Assembly: GCA_963693365.1 (NCBI GenBank)
Contig: CAVNZM010000006.1
Location: 8,311,355-8,375,354 of the forward strand
Direction: 5' to 3'
Length of the DNA: 64,000 bases
DNA from: Amoebidium appalachense
Lineage: Eukaryota > Protista > Ichthyosporea
Shown here: positions 38,721 through 51,950 of the stretch, in pieces
Layout: the number at the start of each line of letters is the position of its first letter
Numbering within the stretch: the stretch's first letter is position 1
The notes under the pieces: generated by a model
What the model saw: the letters and a program-made list of their open reading frames with translations, nothing else
What the model was told of the DNA's origin: nothing
Database searches by the model: none
Program-made: the position numbers and the translations under genes

Positions 38721-40082
38721 ACCAATGTTCAACCACACGAATATATTGCCGTAGTTCGCTGAAACACTAGTGGTTATGATGGTGCTCTCGTAATCGACGG
38801 AATCCGCGGGCCTTGCATAGAACATCACGGGGACTTTAGGGTACTGCACACACACGTACACACGTACACACACACACTGACACACACACACACACGACAC
38901 ATGTGCACCACCACCACCAGATGTCTTTTGCACTTGCACGTGCATATGTTCACTGCCGGAGTTGCTGACCCAACAGAACCCACTGGAGTCCAATCCAATA
39001 TCCAAGCTTGCCAGTTGAGCCCTTCCAACATAATCAAACACGCAACACGAGCGCACAACATGCGCATGCACACGTGTGTGCGTGTGCCCGTCTGTGTCAC
39101 GGTGTAAAGGTGTCTATTAGATTCTGATGCGGTGACTGTGTGTCGAGCGTGCGCGCTTGTTGTGTGCATGTTCAAGTGAAGGAGGTGTGTGTGTGTGTGT
39201 GTGTGTGTACGTGTGTGTGTGTGTACACCTGTGTGTGTGTGTGTGTCATTTCGCACGTGCACACTTGTGTATTGATCAGTATACGTTGTGTATCCTAGTA
39301 CGGGTGTGTGCATGCATATCACCTTACTAAAGTTCAATGATATGCACATGTACATGTGCGCATCCGTACAGGCCCATGTGCGGAACACAACCACGTGTTC
39401 CGGCAACCTCCGTTATTGGTTGGTAGAAAATCAGCGCCATCAAGCACCGTCAACATTTACGATTATTATTCTTATTAATATGCGTATTAGTGATCAACAT
39501 GTGCATGTGACCCGAAAGTTTACACATTATGAACGATAACCCTGTACTACAGCTATAGTGTCGAGGCACTATCACAGCGTTTATAGTAACTTATAGTACT
39601 CAGTTAGTACTAATACGGCAGCAGCATTGCAAATTAGGGTCTTCTACTGAGGTTTAATGACGACATGTCTTAGCGCCATCAAAATACTGATTCATTGCAT
39701 CACATTATTCTAGATATACACTCATGATATGACCAGATGTGGCTACACATACTTTTCCTTTAAGTCTAGATATGCACGAACATTAATGACTACCATACTA
39801 GTCTAGATGTATGCATGCACCTTTTATAACGAACACATTATCGCCTTAGTTATAACTGAATAATATATGAACCATTTATGACTATTATTAACACATTTTA
39901 ATTAATCTAGAAATGCACACCCTTAACAGATAGTGGTAAAATCACAACATACGGATTGTCGAGATTGTCGAAATTGTTGTAAAAAAGATCACATGCATGG
40001 TTTGCCAAACGGCAATACCTGCAAGACATGTATACGTACAACTCCGTGACATGTATACTAATCCGTTATCAGTTACAAATGT

Positions 40083-40125
<43 letters not shown>

Positions 40126-40481
40126 CAAGCACACGCTGTGCCAAATTTATACCATGGCCAAGTACATACATTACCAGAGCATACACCCATACCAAAGCCT
40201 TGCCAATGCAAAAACTACAAACACCAACACCCACATGTACTCAAACAACCACACCCACAACCACACACCCACACCCACCCACCCACCCACCCACAAGTAT
40301 ACACACCACCCACTCACAACCACCCACACGCCCACACAATCCCCTCCCTCCACCCACCCACCCACAACCCCCCCCCCCCCCCCTTCCCCCCCTCCCCCTC
40401 CCCCCCCCCCCCCCCCCCCCTTTCTCCGCCTCCACCCACCCACCCACCCACCCACCCACCCACCCACACACGTACACACAC

Positions 40482-42929
40482 CTACACCCACGCAGGCAGA
40501 ATCGACACATCCACCGTCGTGTTCTGGGACCCAGCCTCCACCCTGGTGGTAACGTTACCGGCCGTGAGGTATGCGGTACAGTTGTTCCCATTGGTCGAGA
40601 AGCTGACCGTCGATGGTTTTCCACCAATCAGCTGCAAGGTGGCCTCAATGCCGCAGTTGTCGTATGCCATGCGCTCTCTGTTTTTTTTTTTTTTGGTTGG
40701 TTTTTTTTTTTGGTTGGAAAGGGTGTGTTTGTGTTTGTTTGTTTGTGTGTGTGTGTGTGCGTGTGCGTGTGTGTGTGTGTGTGTATGTCACGGTGTTTGT
40801 GTATGTATGTGTGTGTGTATGTCACGGTGTTTGTGTATGTATGTGTGTGTGTGTGTGTGTGTGTAAGTGGGTGCATGTGTGGAGGTGGGTAGGGGGGGAG
40901 TGGGGAGGTGCGTAGGTGGCCAGGAGGAGAGGGAAAAAGGGGAGGCAGGGGGTGGAAAGGGGGAGCGGGAGGGGGGGGGGGGGGGGGGGGGGGGGTGGGG
41001 GGGAGGGGGGGGGGAGGGGGGTGTTGGCTTGGTGGTTAGTGGTGTGCGTGTGGTTGGATGGGTGTGGAGAGGATACAAATTCTTCTCCCATCCTCTCTCT
41101 CACCCTCTCACTCTAGCTCTCACCCCCCCCGCCCGTCCCCCCCCGTCCCCCTCCGCCCCCGGCCATCCCTCGCTCTCTTCCCCCGGCTCCCCCCTCCCTC
41201 CCTCTTGCCTCCCTTACTCTCTTCCCCCTCCCCACCTCCCCCCCCCCCCCCCCCCCCCCCCCCCACCACCACCACCACCACTCACACACCTAATCTAGAG
41301 CAAAAGCGAACCATTCTTCAACCACCATTCCCAATAAAGGCTAACACCCGCACACACCCATTGGGTCCCCCGCACCCACCTGTAGTTGTTTCCAGCCTCG
41401 TCCTGCTTGGGCGACCTCACCACCAATCCATCGACGTATCGCTGCATTTCTTTAATGACAGAGTCCACCCACATAGTAAGAAGGGAGACGTCTTTCCCTT
41501 CGTGGTTAAAGAACATCAGGTTTGCCTGGTGGAACATGTAGGGGTCCTGACGGTACTGAAGGAACATGTGCACCGCCGCGCGCGCTTCCCTAATAAGGAA
41601 AGAGCAATCGAGTCAGTTTCCTAATTAGGAAAAAGTAGCTGGATCAGTTTGCTGATTAGGAAAGAGTGACTGGGTCAGCTTCCTAGTAAGGATAAGGTGT
41701 GTGCTAGATCTCTATATCAGAAAAGGTACTTAAAAACGTTAAAAAAAGTTAGTTTTCCTGGCGATGAACAATACTTGGAGTAGGTTCGCTCAATTCTTTT
41801 TTGGGGGGGGGGGAAGCTGCTATCAGGTTCTTCTCATTAGCCAACCGGAATAAGAATGGCTTCACTCAATAGGAAGCTGTGCTATGGTATAACGTTTCCC
41901 TTCTCTCCACATACACACACACCACACACCCACATATACCCCCCCCCCCCCCCCCCCCCCCCCTCACAACAAACACACACACACACACACACCAAACAAC
42001 AAATATCCAAACCCGACACACATCCACTATAGCTAACCACCCACCCACCTGTCCCCAACCCTCCCCTCGGGCCTCGGCCTCTCCCAAAAGCCCCCATCCC
42101 CTCCCTACTCCCCCTCTGCCTCCTCCCCTCCCCCCTCCCCCCCTCTCCCCTCCTAGTCCGATCTCACCCATCCATTTTTCCCTACCTCCCCGCCTAACTA
42201 TATCCGGAAAATCAATTTTCACGTCAACCTACCTCAAAATTGCGTCCTCCAGGGTCAAGTCCGCCCCCTCCTTGCATTCGAACCCATACTGGTACGAACA
42301 CCAACCCCCCTCGTTATATGCCTTCGTAAATATATCACCGTTGTGCAAATTCCAGTTTATCCCAGTTACAAAACGCGGGATAATCAAAATCCCGTCTACC
42401 CCGTGTTCATCCACCGTCGTCACTATGGCGTGGTGGGGTTTTCCGGGAACCATCAGTTCTTTCCGGGAATTATCCCCGACAACATTTCGAACCCCGGCCG
42501 CTTTCATAGCCTCCGTGGCATCCAAATTGCGTGGGCGGGGCAGGGGCGCGTCAGAGTAGGTAGGGTCCGGTTCCGGAACCGGTGCACTTTTTGGGAAAAG
42601 TCCGGAAATTTGCGGGGTTATAAGACTCTCGGGTGAATACCTCTGTGGTCAGGATAGGGGGAGGAGAGGGAGGGGGAGGGCGGGGAGAGAGGGGAGGGGG
42701 AGGGGGGAATTTCGGGGGGGATGTGCGAAGAATGAAGGGAGTGTGTGTGGGTGAGGAGAGAGAGAGAGGGAGCGGGGGAGGGGAGTAGGTGGTTAGTACC
42801 GGCATAGATTGATGGCTGTAAGGTAGAGGAATAATGAAACGGATGAGGGGGAGAAGGGGTTTGGGTGCCAGGCACATGTGTAATTGTAATGGTGGTGGTG
42901 ATGGTGTGTTTTGTGTTTTTTTTGTGTGT

Positions 42930-42960
<31 letters not shown>

Positions 42961-43308
42961 GGGGAGGGGGGAGGGGTTGCACTAGAAGATGACCAACATG
43001 GAACTAATGATATATCCCCAACCCAGCCCCCCCCCCCCCCCCCCCACCCAACATACCCCCCTCCCCCCACCCACCCCCCACCCCCCACCCCGCGGCCCAG
43101 GAAAAAAAGGGAAGACAAACGGACAAGAGGGGTGAGGTGAGGTGGGTTGGTGTGTGTGTGTGTGTGTGCGTGTATATGTGTGTGTGTGTGTGTGTGTGTA
43201 CATGCATTGCATGCATGTGTGTGCACCCGCGCGCTTGCACGTGTGCGTGTGGGCCTTTTTTTCTTTTTTTCTTTATTTTATGGAAGGGGTGGGTGGGTGT
43301 GTGTGTGT

Positions 43309-43353
<45 letters not shown>

Positions 43354-44152
43354 TGAATGCGTCAAAAAGTACGAAGTACACAAGAACAAACGGATAACAC
43401 GATGCAGAATGCAAGCCATACATAAAGAGTATGCATAATAAGCAGAGCCCATCCTCAGGGGGGGCCCACGTCATCCACAGTACCCGAGTTTCGACCTATT
43501 CCCCTCGTTAACGAAACCCAACTCAGATACTGTTTCACTTGAACATGAGTAGGTCACCCGTCTTGATCAGAGACGAGCAGGGTTGCTTATGCAGGCAAGG
43601 GCAGTGGGAAAGGCCGGGGGTTAAAGTTGCAGCAGTAAGCAGAAGCAAGAAAAATATAGATAGGAACTCAGGAGACGGGGCTTCTAGGAAGCTCCCCCGT
43701 CGATACCTAAGTCGATACTTCCCTGGCTAACATACTACACCAGCTGAAAAGAATTAAGTCCCGAAGGCCACAGAATTCGTAATCAGAGGGGAAAATATGA
43801 GATTTGACCCACGCCGCAGGGTAGTAACACGCTTACTAGGGCGGAACTTTATCGTCTTCGAACGGAAAGCTATGCCCCCGGATGTCAGCCGGAAATATGG
43901 TATCACCCATTGCTTTGGGCTTGAAAAAAGCCAAACCGATAGTCCGAGTTATGTTACGCCGGCGGGTAACATGCCGCATGGGTTCCAAGGGAGCTGTCGC
44001 CAACAGAGCGGTGTGTGCATGCGTGCGCGTAACGCAATGTGTGAAGTGTGTCTATAGCTATGAAAGGGGGTATGCAGAAGTGGACAGATGAAGTGTGTGG
44101 AGAGAAAAACAGTAAGAAGAAAAGTAGACACCGGTATGTGCAACCCCGCACA

Positions 44153-44191
<39 letters not shown>

Positions 44192-44287
44192 AATAAGCGA
44201 AGATTACAGGTAATCAACCAGAACAACAAATGACAAGCAAAACAACAGGCGCCAAAAAAAAAAAAAAAAAAAAAAAAAAAGGAGGAA

Positions 44288-44382
<95 letters not shown>

Positions 44383-44920
44383 AGAGAGGAGAGAGAGAGA
44401 GAGAGGGAGAGAGGGAGAGAGAGAGAGAGAGAGAAGGTGGGGGGGGGGGGGGGGGAGGGGGGGGGGGGGGAGGGGAGGGGGAGGGGGGTCTTATGGATGC
44501 TGCAGAATCGTCAGATATTAGACAAATCGTACCAATACGATCATTCTCTCATATATGTGAGAAGATTGTGACTAACGATGTGCAGATCTGGTTAAGACCT
44601 GTTGGGTGTGCAGAGAAAATGGGAGGGGAAGGAGGAGGGAAAGGGGGAGGGGGGGGGGGAAGTAAGAGAGGGGAGGGAATGTTAGAGTGTCAGTAGTCTC
44701 AGGGGACCCTGCAGAGTCGTTAGATGTCAGACAAAAACGCACCAACGACCAAGTTCTCCGAGGGGAGAAATGCGTAAAACGTTCTGCAGAGTGGGTTAGA
44801 GACCTGCTGATGAGAAGAGTGTATACAGGGTTTGGCCAGGGGGGGGGGGGGGGGAAGGGGGGGGGAAAAGGAAGGTAGGAGGGGAATGGGGGGGGGGGGG
44901 GGGAGGAGAAGGGGGGGGGG

Positions 44921-44964
<44 letters not shown>

Positions 44965-45022
44965 GGGGGGGGGGGGGGGGGGGGGAGGGAAGGGAGGGGA
45001 GGGAGGGAGGGGGAAGAAAAAG

Positions 45023-45064
<42 letters not shown>

Positions 45065-47770
45065 CTGTGGTGGACAGATCAGAGACGAGACCTCCATTTC
45101 AAAACTTACCAGGCAACCCAAAAAACCTAGCCGGCTGAGAAAGAAGAACGGCGGGGGAATTGTTTGGGAAAAGGAGCGGGGGGAGAGAGGGGAAGGGGGG
45201 GAGAGGGGGAGAGAGGGGGAGAGGGAGAGAGAGAGAGAGGGAGGGAGAGAACGAGAGAGAACGAAAGAGAGCGAGAGAGGGAGACAGAGAGAGAGAGAGG
45301 GAGGGAGAGAGAGGGAGAGGGAGAGAGAGAGGGAGAGAGAGAGGGAGGGGGGGGGAGGGGGGGGGGGGGGGGGGGGAGGTGTAGGGGCTGGTAGGGGGGA
45401 GGGGGGGGGGGGGGGGGGAACCGGGATAGAGTGGGGGACTAGGGAGTGTTGATCTTTTTAGTGATGATGGAGAGTATGTGAGAGGAGTGAACGCCACGGT
45501 ATATGTGCGGGTGTGTGGCGAGAAAGCTGTGCATTTTGTGGTGCAAGAGTCTAAACGAGTAGCCTTTGTTAAGCAATGTTTTAGCAAGTCGTGCAGTGCA
45601 TGTGGTGAATGCAGCAAGTGTGGAGCATTTGCGCTGGTAGCTATGCATTTGACTTGTCATGATGCCGTATTTTGCAGTGCGGGAGATGAATGAGTCGTGA
45701 TGTGGGAAACGAACGATGTCTAGTGTATTGAACGTGGGTGTGTCGAGCTTGTTGTAGATGGTTGTGTGAATGCCGTGATTAGTGCAGGTGATATGCAAGT
45801 CGAGGTAGGGGACAGAGGGGGAGGAACCGGCAGGGTTGAGTTGAAGGCTGGTCTTGGGATATAGACCGAAATCACAATCTTCTAAATAGAGGTGGGAGAG
45901 AATGCGAGGATTATGAAGGGAGATCAAATCATCTATGTAGCGGCGAGTAAACTGAAAATCTACCAAGACATCAATGCGTTCGTGTGCAATAAGCTTGCGA
46001 ACAAAATCCAACTCATAAGTAAAGAGATAGAAATTAGCCAAGAAAACAGCACAGTTTGTACCCATGGGGATACCAATGTCCTGTTTGTAGAGGGTATCGC
46101 CAAACACAACATATATGTTATCTACGAGGAAACATAGAAAATCCACAAGCTGTGCCTTAGAGAGATGTAGAGAGTGTTCTTTAGGCTCAAAGGAATCATC
46201 CTGGGAATCATCATCTACACGATCCACCCAGGACAACGTGGAGCCGGTTTTCTTAATAAACATGTGTGGTTTGCGAGCGTCCGTGCATTTTTTGACAAAT
46301 ATTGCGTCAATCAGTGTAGTGAGGCGAGCTTTCAAATCATGCAAGTCAATCTTGGTGTAGAGTGTGGAAAAATCAAACACAGACACGGGCGTATTTTCGT
46401 GTTGGCGTGTGGTACGGTTAAGGGCGTTGATTGTGTGTGTGAGTGCGGTGCTATCCGTGAGAATCCAAGAGCTAGTGTTGTGTGGCAGGTGGGGTTTGAC
46501 AACATCACACCACATACGTTCGACATCAGGGGAGACGAACTTAAACACACTAGTGAGAAGGCGGGAGAGAGGTTCAAGTGATGTGGCAGAGGAGTTGGCA
46601 ATGAAACGGAAGGTGGGTGGTGTTTTGTGCATTTTAACTATGGCCTGAAATGTGGGCAAGCGTGCAGTGCGACGTCCTGGTGTGCCTTTTATGTCATGTG
46701 TTTTGAGAAATGCAAGGTGTTGTGCAACAATGTCTTTTGGTGCAGTGTTGCAGACGGTGTATGTTGCGGCAGGTGCATGCAGTTCGGCTGTAATGCTGCT
46801 AACGTAGTGTTTTTTGCAGACGATCACGAACGTGTTGCTAGCTTTATCCATTGTGGTGACTACGAAACGTTTTTGGAAGCGACGCAGTAGAAGCACAGAA
46901 GCTTGTGGTACGGTGTGTGTGTTGGGTGCGTGTTGTCCCATATTCCTTCTTTTTTTATAAGTCACCAATTTAACGAACATGCCCCCAAAAATGTTTCTAT
47001 TAAGATCATTATAAGGCAAAGAATGTGGATGTCAGCTGCAGCCGTACACGTTGTTGGTAGTGCCACGGTGGTGATGCATATGGTGCCCTGTTTGGGTGAG
47101 AGACTCGGGGGTTGGGGTGGGGGGGGGGGGGGGGAGGGAGGAGGGAGGGGAGGGGGGGAGGGGGAAAGGGGGAAAGGGGGGAGGGGGAAGAGGGATGGTT
47201 GCAAACCTCGTTTTTCAACACATCATTGCACCCGAAAATCTGACATGCAGGTGTCACGTTGAATGCCGCGCACGCCGGCTCCGACGCCATGTCAGATATA
47301 TTTACCGCCTTCCCGTCTGCGATCATTCTGTTTATAGAAAGTTCCAGATCGTTCCGCGCACGTGATGTCGGGCACGTGCTCGGCTTTCCGCCGCATTCCG
47401 CCTTGTCCAACCAATCCATGTTCGTGTGCATGAAAGTGTGGCTTACCCAGTTGAAATTCGACGAGAGGTTATTTATGGCTGCGACGAGGCCTGAGTCTTC
47501 TGTGGATTTGGCCGCGATCCACGCGCCGTTGAACGCAAATTCGAATTTTATTTCTGACCCCGATGGGAGGTTTAGGCGGGAGGGGGCTTCGTTTTGGTAT
47601 GCCACTGCAGATTCAATGTCGGTGCCTTTTTGTCTGTGTGGGATGGGATGGGTGAGTATATGATGGGGTGGTGTGTGTGCTTTTTCATTTTCTTTTATCC
47701 TCTTTGCTTCTTCTATTTTGGGGGGTAGGGGATTGGGAGAGAGGGGGCTGGAAGTGGGGGTGTTGGTTGG

Positions 47771-47801
<31 letters not shown>

Positions 47802-47938
47802 TCCGAATGTGGTATAGGGTCCGAAGTACACACTCAAAACGGACAACACGATGCAGAGGGCAAAACACACAAAATACAAGAGTTTGCATGATAAGCAGAT
47901 GGTGGTGGTGGTGGTGTTTTTTTTTTTGTTTTTTTGGG

Positions 47939-47977
<39 letters not shown>

Positions 47978-49367
47978 GGGGGGACAGAGGATATTGGAAA
48001 AAAATCGTTTCCTTAGTCTTTTCTTTTGTTGGATAATGTAGGAGGGTAGAGTTGTGAGGGATTTGGGTGGTGGAGGTTGAAGAGGGCAGGCAGGGGGATG
48101 AAGGGGGATGAAGGGTGAGAGGGAAGAGAGTGGGGGGGGGGGGGGGAAGGGCTGTGAGAGGGGGGGAAGGGGTTGTGAGAGGTGAGGACGAACAATACCT
48201 GACAACAGGCGCCTCGCTCTCATTTTTAAAACCAAACATGGGTGCAGGACGGAAGATATCATCCAATTGAACGTGCAAATTCATGTTTCTGCGTCCCAGA
48301 AACAGGCCACGTGTAGCCCAAGTGTGCCATATATTCGCCAGCGCTAAATTAACTTGCGTAAATTCCCCCTCCTGAACGTAATTTGGCGTATCGGTCTCGC
48401 ATCCGTCCTCTCCGTTGCAAAGCTCGTTAGCGGCTGCGTTGAAAGCGAAATGCATTTCCTCGCTTCCGAGGGGGGTTTTTGCCACAAACGCAGCCAAATC
48501 GCCCTTGTCTGAGGGGACTTTAGATGGTGAAAATCTCAAAACCGGGAAAAGTGTCGTTGAACCCCCGGATGGTTTGGCAGGGTTTGCTCCGCGGACAGAA
48601 TGGGATGTGGGCCAAAAACCGGAATAATTCATAACGTCGGAGATTTCTTGTGCAAAAGTACTGTTGTCGAAAACGAGATTCATACCCTGCCATGGTAGGG
48701 GAGGATGGAATTCAAAGGTAAGATATTAACCCCTAGCCGTTCGCCGATGCATTTTTGCATAATTAAAAAAAAAAAAATGCATCAGCAACCTTCGAAAATA
48801 AATAGCGCCTGACGCCTAATAGTCATGACGCTAGGAATTTCTGCCTAACTTAGTATATGTTTTCTACTTTCGAAAAACCCAAAAAACACCGGGGTCGACT
48901 ATGTTTTTCTGTTTCTCGTGGGTGTTTTGCCTAACTGTGTCTACATTTTCATCGAGCGGCCCCACAATTTTCGAAGGCTGGCAGCAAGAGGATGCCCGGG
49001 ATTCACGGATTCCAACCCTGGAATCGATCGGTTGATAAGTGCATCAATCCGATATGCTAAGATCTTTACGGGGATCCATATTACGTAACTGTCTTGAAAG
49101 AAACCCCGCCGCGGTTGGCAAAATCGACACAAATCACGTGTTCATAACACGTGCGGACACATAGGAACACGCCGTTTTCTTTTAAAGAAAGACATATGTA
49201 CATGTGCTTAGTGCATTTTTGCCCACTTTGGCCGCCTTTAATGATTTTTTCCAATTTTCAAAGCTGGTCAATTTTGGCCTCCGGGCGAACGGCTCGGGGT
49301 TAATACGGGCAACAGGGGAAAAGAAGGAGGTGGTGTTGGTTGCGTATGACTCTTTTTTTGTAGCGTG

Positions 49368-49422
<55 letters not shown>

Positions 49423-49631
49423 TGTGCTCCCGTGTGTGCACGTGCGCGCATGTGCGTCTGTGGGTGTGTCCCTGTGCGGGTGTATCTATGTTCATGCGTA
49501 GCTGCTATTGCACCTTCCCCCCGCACGTGCATGCGCATGTGTGCTTTGCGTGTTCATGCGTGTAACTGTGGGTGAGTGTCTCTATGTACAGGTGGGTGAT
49601 TGCTTGTGCAGCAGGTTTGTCGCTGACTCGC

Positions 49632-49667
<36 letters not shown>

Positions 49668-49724
49668 CGCGCGCGCGAGCACGCACGCACATGCGCGCGC
49701 ACAGTGTGTGTGTGTTTGTGTGTT

Positions 49725-49758
<34 letters not shown>

Positions 49759-50234
49759 GGGTGGTGGGGTAAGTGGGGGGAGGGGATAGGGGCAAACAAC
49801 TGTGTGTGTATGAGGTGGGAGGGGGGGAAGGGGGAGATGAGAAAGCACTGCGTGCAGGAAACTGCTTTTGGCTTGGAATCATTATACGTGTGAGGTGGTG
49901 AAGACTCTGTGTTTTCTCCGTTCTCTAATTTATTCTTCTTAATTTCTATTTTAACAGTTTCTTTTTTTGCGGGAGGCGGGTGGATGGGTGGGGTAGGGGT
50001 GGGTGGGTGGGTGGGGGGGGGTTTGGGCGGGTGGGGTGGGGGGGAAGGGAGGGGGAAGGGGAGGCTCTAGAAGCTGCCGAGCAAAACAAAACACAAACAA
50101 AACATTCCATACTGTATAAACGAATAGATTAAGAAGACTTACAAGTACACTTCCAGCACACAAATACACCACAATCACAACCACACACATGCCCGTGCGC
50201 GCACACACAAGCACACGCACACACCACCACCACC

Positions 50235-50272
<38 letters not shown>

Positions 50273-50662
50273 ACACACCTTTTTGACGCTTTCGCTTTTT
50301 TCCGTCACGGTATCTGCAGACGGCCCAGAGTTCAGCACCACAATCCGAATTCCGTTTTTCGCTGCAAACTCCCGTATATTTTCCAACTGTGCTTCATCCT
50401 CCACCTTAGAACACCAAACAATTGCGTTGTAATTCACATTTCCGTCGGCTCTTTCAAGTGCAGGAAGTGAATCTGGTTTTGCAATGGTGTACTGCGAGCC
50501 AATGCCGCTCAGTGCAACACGTGCAATTTGTCCGTCCTCATCGTTTTCACTGATGATTAGAGTACGCAGGTTTATCTTTTTGTCTGTTGGTGCGCTATGT
50601 ACGATGTGCGCATAGCCCCCTGCTAGTAGTATGCACGAGTAGATCTTGTTTAGAAAACCCAT
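40482..50662 (-). CDS. Agd3-like secreted polysaccharide deacetylase (CE18-type), at least 6 exons
   Basis: Exons 50662-50279, 48686-48199, 47633-47207, 42642-42233, 41589-41380 and 40677-40482 join in phase. Signal peptide; motifs QLDDIF, WVSHTFMH, LITPQISGL, VVGDNSR, IPRFVT and DPYMFHQANL. The 3' end is uncertain. Confidence 0.85.
43350..47110 (-). mobile_element. Penelope-like retroelement (Chlamys/Naiad-type), 5'-truncated, within intron 3 of the Agd3-like gene
   Basis: RT ORF plus ~2-kb 3' region ending GCATTCAAAC-poly(C) on the minus strand; both ends sit in C-runs. Confidence 0.8.
45439..47019 (-). CDS. Penelope-like reverse transcriptase (no endonuclease domain visible)
   Basis: MDKASN, KMHK...FRFIA, FDFSTLYT, QDIGIPMGTNCA, RYIDD, YLDL and thumb region. 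Confidence 0.92.
   Translation of the reverse strand: MPYNDLNRNIFGGMFVKLVTYKKRRNMGQHAPNTHTVPQASVLLLRRFQKRFVVTTMDKASNTFVIVCKKHYVSSITAELHAPAATYTVCNTAPKDIVAQHLAFLKTHDIKGTPGRRTARLPTFQAIVKMHKTPPTFRFIANSSATSLEPLSRLLTSVFKFVSPDVERMWCDVVKPHLPHNTSSWILTDSTALTHTINALNRTTRQHENTPVSVFDFSTLYTKIDLHDLKARLTTLIDAIFVKKCTDARKPHMFIKKTGSTLSWVDRVDDDSQDDSFEPKEHSLHLSKAQLVDFLCFLVDNIYVVFGDTLYKQDIGIPMGTNCAVFLANFYLFTYELDFVRKLIAHERIDVLVDFQFTRRYIDDLISLHNPRILSHLYLEDCDFGLYPKTSLQLNPAGSSPSVPYLDLHITCTNHGIHTTIYNKLDTPTFNTLDIVRFPHHDSFISRTAKYGIMTSQMHSYQRKCSTLAAFTTCTARLAKTLLNKGYSFRLLHHKMHSFLATHPHIYRGVHSSHILSIITKKINTP
47800..47900 (-). mobile_element. Diverged 3'-end fragment of the Penelope-like family in intron 2
   Basis: CGAAGTACAC...AAACGGA.AACACGATGCAGA...TGCAT.ATAAGCAGA matches 43372-43446; abuts poly-G. 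Confidence 0.75.
48730..49299. mobile_element. piggyBac-like non-autonomous element (570 bp) in intron 1
   Basis: TTAA on both sides; 16-bp TIR CCCC(T/G)AGCCGTTCGCC. Confidence 0.85.
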
Positions 50663-51913
50663 GTTTTTGTTGATGGAGAAAAACTTCGAGTTTCTAAACG
50701 AACGTAAGTTGCTGGCTGATTCTAGATCTACAGCTCGGAGCTCGTAGTGGCAGAGGACTGAAGTCTTGGAAAGAAGCTGGTGTGCATGCGGAATTAGCTC
50801 ATTACTTTGTGTAACAGTAGGAAATGCGTGTGTTTACGCAAGCCTTAGAAGAAATGGACCGTGTGTATTTTCGTCGACGCAGCACTTGAACCTGTTCCTG
50901 GTCTATGGCATATCCTCAGAGATGCAGACGCATGAAAGCAGATCTTCTGATCGCAAAGTGTATGACTAAGCCTCTTTAGGCCAATATGTCGATATAAGGT
51001 CAGAAAAAAATGCGTCTGCCCGGTTTACCTCCCCCAAAAGATTCACCGAAATTGCTGTGAACAACAGCCTAAAACGAAAACGAAGCTTGTACAGTGTGTA
51101 TTCGACAGCGTGGGTTGGGATGTGATGTTTGGCAAGGCCATAAGTTGACATAGCACAACATTAGAAGGCGCATCTGATTGGACTGAGGCAAAAAAGTTGG
51201 CCAAATTTGGCTCGACGTAAAGATGAGTAAAACCTTCCCCAGAGGCCCCGTGACAAATCTCCAGTGACTTCAGGGTTCAGATGTGAAACCAAAACTGCTT
51301 GAGTTCTTTGAAACGGGTTGATAATGAATATCATACCTTAATTGATAATTGATAAATAAATAAAAGTACAGAATATAGGTAAACCTTTGAGTGTTTCATC
51401 CAGCCTTCGTCCTCCCGCTCCAGCCTGTATTAGCGGAGATCTTTCGTCGAATTCTTCGTGATCTGGGAATGTGCAAAAATCGTTTCTGATTGGTGTACTT
51501 CTTTTCCCCCTAGAAGTGATCAGCAGACAACCTTGCCCGTTTGACTATGATCGCGGGGCGGCGTTTTGAATTTGATTCCGGCTAATGTCAGATTGGCAGC
51601 CGGCGGCGGCGGCCGGCAGCCAGCGCCGCAACACACAGTGTATGTACATAACATACATATGTTGTAACTAATAACTAAGATACTGGCAGGCGAATGCGGG
51701 GCTCCCGTCTGCTAGATGGGGCCGGTGGCTCATGCCCCTCGCGCAGGTACAATCCAAAACTGTTATGAGAAAACGAATGTTGAAGGGTGTGTGTGTTTGT
51801 GATCCACGTCCTGTGTGTGTGCATGTCAGTGCTCATGTGTGTACACGTGTGTGCGTGTGTGTGTTCCTATGTGTATCACAGTGTGCACATGTGTGTGTGT
51901 GTGTGTGTGTGTG

Positions 51914-51950
<37 letters not shown>

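Noticed and set aside
47020-47045. In-frame TGA upstream of the RT ORF read as selenocysteine
   Set aside because: The upstream frame shows no recognisable domain, and no convincing SECIS element was seen
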